Part shown: positions 37,591 through 43,333 of the stretch, piece by piece
Numbering within the stretch: the first letter of the stretch is position 1
How the letters are laid out: every line of letters starts with the position of its first letter
Source of the DNA: a virus
Lineage: Duplodnaviria; Caudoviricetes
Reading direction: 5' to 3' (one strand)
IMG/VR virus record: IMGVR_UViG_3300011102_000170
Coordinates: 1 to 43,333 of that record
Length of the DNA: 43,333 nucleotides
Notes under the pieces: model-generated
Seen by the model: only the letters and a program-made list of their open reading frames with translations
What the model was told of the DNA's origin: nothing
Database searches by the model: none
Program-made: the position numbers and the translations under genes

Positions 37591-37674
37591 GAAAGGGGGT
37601 GATCCGGCATCTCGCGGGCCGGCGCGCCTCGCGTTACCAAATGCGCGGATTCACCCTCACCAGGAGGCACGCAG

Positions 37675-37752
37675 ATGCACGTAGACGTCGTAACGGTCCT
37701 GCTGATCGTGTTGCTCGTCGTGTTGATCCTCGCCGCCCTCCGGAGGATGTAG
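37675..37752 (+). CDS. 25-aa hydrophobic membrane peptide (MHVDVVTVLLIVLLVVLILAALRRM)
   Basis: AGGAGG SD; single TM helix with basic tail; absent from the ORF track. Confidence 0.65.
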   Translation: MHVDVVTVLLIVLLVVLILAALRRM

Positions 37753-37754
37753 CG

Positions 37755-37976
37755 ATGGACGAACCGGACATCCTCGTGCGCTGGCCGCGCAGGCGGGGCG
37801 GCTACACCTGCTGGCACCGATCGGTCGCCACGGACGCCGACGCGCACGGACGGACGCAATGCGGGCTGAAGCATCCTCGCCGCGGGGCGGAGTTCGGCGC
37901 CCCTGAGCTCGTGAGCGGGCATCGCTGTGTCAACTGCGAGAAGACACGGCGCGGCACCGTGCCGGGGCAGCCGTGA
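37755..37976 (+). CDS. Small putative zinc-binding protein
   Basis: GGAGG SD; WH...CG...CxxC. Confidence 0.6.
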   Translation: MDEPDILVRWPRRRGGYTCWHRSVATDADAHGRTQCGLKHPRRGAEFGAPELVSGHRCVNCEKTRRGTVPGQP

Positions 37977-38080
37977 CCGACGACCCGCTTTTCTGGCTCG
38001 GCTTCTGGGTGGTGGTCATCGGGATCACCCTCGGGCTGATCTACCTCGAACACATCGACAACGGTAAGGGAGACAGGTAA
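37973..38080 (+). CDS. 35-aa membrane peptide
   Basis: GTGA overlap; FWLGFWVVVIGITLGLIYL. Confidence 0.55.
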   Translation: MTDDPLFWLGFWVVVIGITLGLIYLEHIDNGKGDR

Positions 38081-38293
38081 ATGAGCAACGACACCACGAA
38101 CACACGTCCGAGCGTCTGGGGCCGGGAACCGGTCCTCTACCTCGCCCTCGTGCAGGCCGCGCTGGCGCTGGTCGCCGGGTTCGGCCTCGAACTGACCCCT
38201 GAGCAGGTGGGGGCCATCATGGCGTTCTCCGCTGCGGTCCTGGGATTTGTCGCCAGACAACAGGTGACGCCGGTTGAGAAGGTGCAGCAGTAG
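38081..38293 (+). CDS. Holin-like two-TM protein
   Basis: 'EPVLYLALVQAALAL..FGLELTPEQVGAI..RQQVTP'. Confidence 0.75.
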   Translation: MSNDTTNTRPSVWGREPVLYLALVQAALALVAGFGLELTPEQVGAIMAFSAAVLGFVARQQVTPVEKVQQ

Positions 38294-38545
38294 GGGAGGG
38301 TCGACCGTGGGCTACATCAAGATTGAGGTGCCGAAGCCGTCGACCAGGACCAAGCCACCGAAAGGAGCGGGTGTGCCCCGTAAAACCAATCCGGGGCGGT
38401 AGCCATGCCCCAGCGACAACGGAACCTGCTCAGGCGTGAAACCGGGACGTCGTGCCGACTCTGGCGGCGGTCGCATTGGATTCGCTGGATACGCTCGACG
38501 TCGCGGCGGTGATACGATTGGCTCGCCCGGTGGTATACTCGACAC

Positions 38546-38870
38546 AGGCAATGGGCCGGTGACAAGAGGTCCGGGACCTCTTCCCTCGGGATAGCCGGTA
38601 CCGCCGAACGTGGCCGGAGCGAAGTCCGGTCCCTCTGGCAGACGGGGTGACGGTCTGCCCCTCAGCCTGATCTCCCATGTTGGAGAAACAGATGAGCGAA
38701 CCCCTCGGTCATGGCAGGAGTTGATCGCCTTGCCTCCGAGGGGTTCGTTGTCCGTGGTCCCGGCATTGCGGTGTAGAATGGGACGAGGCAGCCCACAAGG
38801 GACTGCCCCATCTCTTCGCACCCGCCGGTCACACTCCATCCCCCGTGGCCGGCGGTGCTGCTTCCCATTG
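38546..38870 (+). ncRNA. Candidate structured non-coding RNA(s)
   Basis: TGG-TATACT promoter at 38531-38539, then at least six stem-loops; no convincing ORF. Confidence 0.45.
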
Positions 38871-38877
38871 TAGACGA

Positions 38878-39079
38878 TTCTGACGCCAATTCTGACGCAG
38901 TGATTTTCCGTTGCCACCCGTTACCCGCTGTCACACCAGCGCAGCTACGGTGATATTCCGTTGTCTGGCGTTGCCATTTGCGGTGTGCTAGACTTCGACG
39001 GTTTACAGCCTGTTCCCCATTCCCCCGGTATTCCAATAAAATCAGCGCATTACGGATCGTTCTGACTCCGTTCTGACGC
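38878..39079. other. attP region with integrase arm-type repeats
   Basis: TTCTGAC(G/T)C pairs at 38878/38890 and 39060/39071, next to the integrase 3' end. Confidence 0.7.
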
Positions 39080-39080
39080 A

Positions 39081-40172
39081 TCAGCCCTCCAGCACGCGGT
39101 CCATCGCGTCCGCTGCTGTCTTCAGGTGGTCGGGCTGCACGGCGGTGTAGAGGCGCAGCATCGTGGTTATGTCATGTCCGAGCATTCGGGCGGCGACAGC
39201 GACGTGGACGCCCTGCCGGGCCAGCAGCGTCGCGCAGATGCGACGGCAGGCGTGGGGCGTGATGCGAGGCACACCGGCCTTCTCGCACAGCGTATCGAGC
39301 CGATCCCGGACGCCCTGCTGCGTCAGCGGGCCGCCCGTGGCGTTGCAGAACACGATATCGCCCGGCAGCCCCCGTTCCCGCTGGCGGCACAGTGCCCGGA
39401 CGGCGCGCTCGGGCAGCATCACCGTGCGGACGCTGGCATCCGTCTTGGTGGCGTCGCTGATCGTCCATCCGTCCGGCGTGTGCTGGAGGGTCCGGCGCAC
39501 GTGCAGCGTTCCGGCGTTGAGGTCGACGGCGTCCCACTTCAGGCCCAGGGCCTCCCCGATGCGCAGGCCGGTCAGGATCAGCACCTGGTAGAGCAGCGCG
39601 TCGTCGTCGTCATCGATCGCGGCGAGGAACGTCCGCACCTGGTCCGGCGTCCACACGGTCGGCTGGTCGCGGCGGTCGGTCGGCAGGCGTCGCTCGTCGG
39701 TGGGGTTGACGGCGATCAGGCCGTCCGCGATCGCGTGCCGGTAGATGCCGCGCAGGACCGTGTGCACCGTCTTGACCGTCTCCGCCCGGTAGGTCTGGCC
39801 CAGCTCGTCGTAGAACGTCTGGACGTCCGAGGGGCGGACCGTGCTCAGCTTGCGATGCCCGAACCGGGGCGCGATGTGGCGATGGTAGGTGATGTGGTAT
39901 TGCAGGTACGTGGACGGTGCCCGCCCCCGCTCCACGCCGGTCAGCCACCGCTGCGCGACCTCCCCGAGCGTGACCGGGACCGGCTCGTAGTAGGTGCCGG
40001 TATCGATCGCGGTCAGCTGCTGCCGTCGCCACTGTTCCGCGGCTCGCTTGGTCCGGAACGACTTGGAGCGGTGCCGGCGCTTGCCGTCGCGGTCGGTGAA
40101 CGAGACGCGGGCCCGGTAGGACACGGCTCCGGTGCGGTCGCTGACGACCTTCGTTATCCCGTCCCGCGGCAT
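39081..40172 (-). CDS. int: Tyrosine integrase
   Basis: 'TGLRIGEALGL', 'HACRR', 'LGH...LY' catalytic motifs; N-terminal arm-binding domain; GGAGG SD. Confidence 0.95.
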   Translation of the reverse strand: MPRDGITKVVSDRTGAVSYRARVSFTDRDGKRRHRSKSFRTKRAAEQWRRQQLTAIDTGTYYEPVPVTLGEVAQRWLTGVERGRAPSTYLQYHITYHRHIAPRFGHRKLSTVRPSDVQTFYDELGQTYRAETVKTVHTVLRGIYRHAIADGLIAVNPTDERRLPTDRRDQPTVWTPDQVRTFLAAIDDDDDALLYQVLILTGLRIGEALGLKWDAVDLNAGTLHVRRTLQHTPDGWTISDATKTDASVRTVMLPERAVRALCRQRERGLPGDIVFCNATGGPLTQQGVRDRLDTLCEKAGVPRITPHACRRICATLLARQGVHVAVAARMLGHDITTMLRLYTAVQPDHLKTAADAMDRVLEG

Positions 40173-40316
40173 CGGTAGTCTGACCTCCAATATGTTGTGA
40201 CAACCGGACATCTTGGGTAACATGGCTCAGGACAGCCGCACACAATGCGCTCATAGAAGTAGAGGGGCGTTTCCCCTCGCGCGACAATCACCGCTACCGT
40301 CCAGGAGGACGAGCCT

Positions 40317-40550
40317 ATGTTGACGGACGATGTTTGGGAAGGGACGGTATTGGTGATCAACACGCGAACCGGGGAAACGCTGCGTGTGGCGTTCATGTTC
40401 ATCGAGACACCCGAGGGCATGGTCACCACCGTGATGTCCTCCGACGCGCCCGGCCGGCGCGAGGTTATCCAGAGCCCCCACGGCCACCGTTGTCAGTTCG
40501 TGGCTCGGGTGTTTGAGGCGATGCGTCGAATATGTCATCCGATTCACTGA
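40317..40550 (+). CDS. Hypothetical protein between int and the repressor
   Basis: AGGAGG SD; convergent overlap with the repressor tail. Confidence 0.55.
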   Translation: MLTDDVWEGTVLVINTRTGETLRVAFMFIETPEGMVTTVMSSDAPGRREVIQSPHGHRCQFVARVFEAMRRICHPIH

Positions 40551-40920
40551 GCAGGTAGCCGCGCAGGAGCAGCCGCGCGGTGCGCAGCATGTGGTCGCGG
40601 TCCTGTTTCTTTAGCCGAAGCAGGACCGGCAGCCACGTTGCCATCACATCTTCGGCATCCTCGTCCTCGACCTGCTCTAGCAGGATGCGCGCCGTTGACG
40701 GCTTCTCCGCATACCCCGCCGCGATGATCACATCCTCCGCAGGCACCTGGAGCGCATCGGCCAGCCGTCGCAGGGCCGATCGGCGCGGTGACTGAATCTC
40801 GCCCCGCTCGACCTTCGAGGCCCATTCCTGCGACATCCCGGCCCGTTCGGACAGTTCTTCCTGCGTCAGCCCTAGTTCACGCCGACGCCGGGCCACCAGA
40901 TCGCGTAGCGATTCCGGCAT
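40465..40920 (-). CDS. CI-like XRE repressor
   Basis: 'RRRELGLTQEELSERAGMSQEWASKVERG'; divergent from the early operon. Confidence 0.88.
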   Translation of the reverse strand: MPESLRDLVARRRRELGLTQEELSERAGMSQEWASKVERGEIQSPRRSALRRLADALQVPAEDVIIAAGYAEKPSTARILLEQVEDEDAEDVMATWLPVLLRLKKQDRDHMLRTARLLLRGYLLSESDDIFDASPQTPEPRTDNGGRGGSG

Positions 40921-40974
40921 GACAGTGTTTCCCTTCACGAAGCCCACCTCGTCAGACTGAATCCTACAAAGTTG

Positions 40975-41010
40975 TTGACTAGTCGTTAACCCATCTGGTA
41001 GACTAGTCGT
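40975..41010 (+). promoter_or_regulatory. Early promoter with two palindromic operators
   Basis: TTGACT-18 nt-(TGG)TAGACT; GACTAGTC at 40977 and 41001. Confidence 0.7.
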
Positions 41011-41036
41011 GTTGGTACTACAGGAGGTTTTCATTC

Positions 41037-41258
41037 ATGCCACTCCCCGAGGATAGCCGCTACACGACGCTATCCACCGTGATACGCAAGGACCAGCGGG
41101 ACGCGATCGAGGCCTTCCGCCGCCAGCTCGAAGCGGAGGCGGGCGGGCGGGTGACGTTCGCTGAGGCGGTCCGTCGATATCTCGATCGTGCCGCCGACGC
41201 GCGTTCGTGTGCGACAATCAGTAGTGACGATACTAGAACCCAGAAGGGAGCCGCTTAG
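41037..41258 (+). CDS. Regulator in the Cro position, ribbon-helix-helix-like
   Basis: AGGAGG SD; strand 'TTLSTVI', then 'VTFAEAVRRYL'. Confidence 0.65.
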   Translation: MPLPEDSRYTTLSTVIRKDQRDAIEAFRRQLEAEAGGRVTFAEAVRRYLDRAADARSCATISSDDTRTQKGAA

Positions 41259-41471
41259 ATGGCTGACAATCCCCGATTCATTCGTGTTGAGGATGCCGCC
41301 GTACAGTACGGCGTCGGACGCGACCTGATGAAGAAGCTGGTGGAGGCGGGGTTCTTCCCATTCGCCTGCAAGGCCGGGGAGCGCTACGTCATCGAGCGCG
41401 TGCCGTTCGAGGCGCATCTGGAAGCGACCGACCCGAAGGTCCGCCGGCTCAACGCGAAGCAGAGCGCCTAA
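41259..41471 (+). CDS. Excisionase-like winged HTH
   Basis: 'EDAAVQYGVGRDLMKKLVEAG.FP..KAGERYVIER'. Confidence 0.75.
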   Translation: MADNPRFIRVEDAAVQYGVGRDLMKKLVEAGFFPFACKAGERYVIERVPFEAHLEATDPKVRRLNAKQSA

Positions 41472-41474
41472 CCC

Positions 41475-41897
41475 ATGACTACCTATCTCTTTTCCAACCC
41501 CCTCCCCAAGCGCCCCAGCGGCGCACCCGACGTCGGACATGCTCACCACGACCGTGGTGCCGCGTCGGTTCTCTCCGCGGACGCGAGCGCTCAGGCGCTC
41601 CGTTCGTGCCGCGGATGCTCGGCTGCCCTCCTGACCCCAACCCAGCCGGGAATCCGCGACACGAGCGCCATCGGACGCATCGGGGCGCTCGACTCTCCTA
41701 ACCCCGCTGGTGGGCCGGTTACGCGGCTGGCCCATCAGCACCCCTCGGGTGGTCCGACCCGCGTCCAGCACGACATCCAACCAGGCGCCATTGATACGGG
41801 CGTGACGGCCATCGTGGCGCTGCGGCTGGATGCGGATCGGCCCAGTTGGGTGGAAGCAACGAGTCATGGATGGGAGGTGGCCTCGCAGGGGACTTAA
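41475..41897 (+). CDS. Hypothetical protein (uncertain)
   Basis: ORF fills the gap but has no clear SD and atypical composition. Confidence 0.35.
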   Translation: MTTYLFSNPLPKRPSGAPDVGHAHHDRGAASVLSADASAQALRSCRGCSAALLTPTQPGIRDTSAIGRIGALDSPNPAGGPVTRLAHQHPSGGPTRVQHDIQPGAIDTGVTAIVALRLDADRPSWVEATSHGWEVASQGT

Positions 41898-42039
41898 ACG
41901 AACTGGCGTCAGGGCGGTGGCGCAACGGGTGGGACAACACGACTCGCCATCAAGCGGATCACACCACCGCCCCGACGACACCACAGTACGCGACGAAACC
42001 CCGCAGTCATTAATCACTAGCCCCAGAAGGGAGCACCAG

Positions 42040-42348
42040 ATGCAGACCCCGCGCTTTACCACCGTGATCGTCGAAAAGGCCGAGACGTTGCTCGATTACA
42101 TCCGCGACGCCGCCAGCGACAACCACATCTGCCCAGCAGAGATCCGAACCATCGACCTGATGGCTGACGACCTCTACCGCCACACGCAGGTCAACGATGC
42201 CAACCAGGCGGACATCATCGCCCGGTTGCGCACCGGTCCCGACTCGCAGCGGGTGCAGGTCACCGGGCGGGAGGTCCGGAACAGTCTTCGGTTGATTCAG
42301 GGGAATGAAAAGCGCCTGGCCGGATGCACCCCGCCAGACGCCGCGTAA
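42040..42348 (+). CDS. Hypothetical early protein
   Basis: AAGGGAG SD. Confidence 0.7.
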   Translation: MQTPRFTTVIVEKAETLLDYIRDAASDNHICPAEIRTIDLMADDLYRHTQVNDANQADIIARLRTGPDSQRVQVTGREVRNSLRLIQGNEKRLAGCTPPDAA

Positions 42349-42388
42349 CTGGGCCGCAGACCCGCTAGCTACACCCGGAGTATAGCAA

Positions 42389-42595
42389 ATGACCACCACC
42401 GCAACGAAAACCACCTACACCCACCGCCCCCACCGCGTGCGCTGCCAACTCTGCGGAGATACCGGCGTCGTCACCGAAGAGGACCGCGCGCCGATCGGCC
42501 GCGCCAGCAACGGCGAGCTCGTCTACTCCAGCCGCCCCAAGGTCTACCGCTACGCCTGCATCTGCCGGGCGGGCTGGAACAGGATCGTTGCATGA
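42389..42595 (+). CDS. Small zinc-finger protein
   Basis: CQLCGDTG...CIC. Confidence 0.7.
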   Translation: MTTTATKTTYTHRPHRVRCQLCGDTGVVTEEDRAPIGRASNGELVYSSRPKVYRYACICRAGWNRIVA

Positions 42596-42810
42596 GCCCC
42601 ATTGCCCTTGAGCCCCCGGACGTTGACACCCGCGACTTCGCGGAGTGGCTGCGGGACTACGTGAACGACGCTGAGGCGGCAGTCGTCGCGGTGACGAGCC
42701 ATGACGATGGAGCCGTACGCCAGTACCGCGGCGGGATCATGGACGCCGCCCGCGAAATCCTCGAGCGCTACCAGGCCGAACAGGAGCAGAACGATGACCG
42801 CGATGCGTGA
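42592..42810 (+). CDS. Hypothetical protein
   Basis: ATGA overlap. Confidence 0.65.
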   Translation: MSPIALEPPDVDTRDFAEWLRDYVNDAEAAVVAVTSHDDGAVRQYRGGIMDAAREILERYQAEQEQNDDRDA

Positions 42811-43072
42811 AGCCCTCGTAGCCGCCGGGATCCCGTTCGAACGGCCCATCCCGAGCAAGACGTACGACTGCCTCAAGCCGCGCTTCTTCCACAACACCAG
42901 CGGCAACCCCAGGAGGTTCGATGACACGCACAAGTGGTGCTCACGCTGCGAACAGTGGCTCACCCACGACTGGTTCACGAAGGACGCCTCGACCGCCTCA
43001 GGCCTGAGTGCCTACTGCCGACCGTGCCGACAACAGTACTGGCGGGACTGGCTCGCCAAGGGGATTGCGTAA
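42794..43072 (+). CDS. Zinc-binding protein (HNH-associated treble-clef type)
   Basis: 'KWCSRC...F.KD....GLSAYCRPC'. Confidence 0.7.
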   Translation: MTAMREALVAAGIPFERPIPSKTYDCLKPRFFHNTSGNPRRFDDTHKWCSRCEQWLTHDWFTKDASTASGLSAYCRPCRQQYWRDWLAKGIA

Positions 43073-43323
43073 TGCCGATCGTCACGAGAATCGACGTCAC
43101 CGCCTGGAACGACCGCGAGCCGCGTGTGGAGCACAACGAGGCGCTGAGCGACGGATATGAGGAAGCGGCCCGCGAGTTCGCCTACGAGGTCAGCGATCGG
43201 GCATGGACTCGCCTCCTGGCCTCCGCCGACGTGATCCCGGTGGCCGACGCCGCCGCCTGCATGGACCGCTTCTGCATGGACGCCGCTGACACGATCCTCG
43301 CGCACGAGGGGATGCAGCCATGA
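43072..43323 (+). CDS. Hypothetical protein
   Basis: TAATG overlap; stop overlaps the start of gene 110. Confidence 0.65.
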   Translation: MPIVTRIDVTAWNDREPRVEHNEALSDGYEEAAREFAYEVSDRAWTRLLASADVIPVADAAACMDRFCMDAADTILAHEGMQP

Positions 43324-43333
43324 GCACGATGCC
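43211..43333. repeat. Terminal direct repeat, copy 2
   Basis: Identical to 1-123. Confidence 0.95.

Larger units (their letters stand above)
1..43333. mobile_element. Complete temperate siphovirus-like phage genome (circular form)
   Basis: Terminase, portal, capsid, tail, lysis, integrase, repressor and replication modules in canonical order; circular overlap; no host genes. Confidence 0.95.

Noticed and set aside
38546-38870. tRNA, tmRNA, retron msr-msd or DGR template
   Set aside because: No cloverleaf or CCA end, no tag ORF, and no reverse transcriptase anywhere in the genome
38312-38917. 201-aa minus-strand ORF downstream of int
   Set aside because: Pro/Arg/Gly-rich with no SD; spans attP repeats and hairpins

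Overview
The window is a complete, circularised genome of a GC-rich temperate tailed phage (about 43.2 kb; bases 1-123 equal 43211-43333). The tail is long and non-contractile (siphovirus type). Gene order on the + strand: small early genes; an SSB-like gene and a primase/DUF3987-type replication gene followed by an iteron-rich palindromic origin; accessory genes (DCL/DUF3223-HNH-like, nucleoside deoxyribosyltransferase-like, HTH proteins, DUF1064 nuclease); packaging and head; tail (with a -1 frameshifted chaperone, a tape measure, and a LamG + metallophosphoesterase tail-tip protein); lysis. These are followed by a structured non-coding region, attP, a minus-strand tyrosine integrase and CI-like repressor, and a lambda-like switch. 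The host is tentatively Thermomicrobiales/Chloroflexota or an actinobacterium (inference). The most unusual signals are at the RNA level: (1) two Com-like Zn-ribbon genes, each upstream of a promoter plus a related terminator-like leader in front of the scaffold/capsid and tape-measure genes; (2) a plasmid-style antisense RNA/leader-peptide unit in front of the primase; (3) a 19-nt element complementary to the 16S rRNA 3' end in front of a 25-aa membrane peptide; (4) a ~330-nt structured ncRNA candidate next to attP. In addition, three small proteins end in beta-clamp-type motifs, two of them joined by a 25-bp repeat. All calls come from reading motifs by eye; no searches were run.
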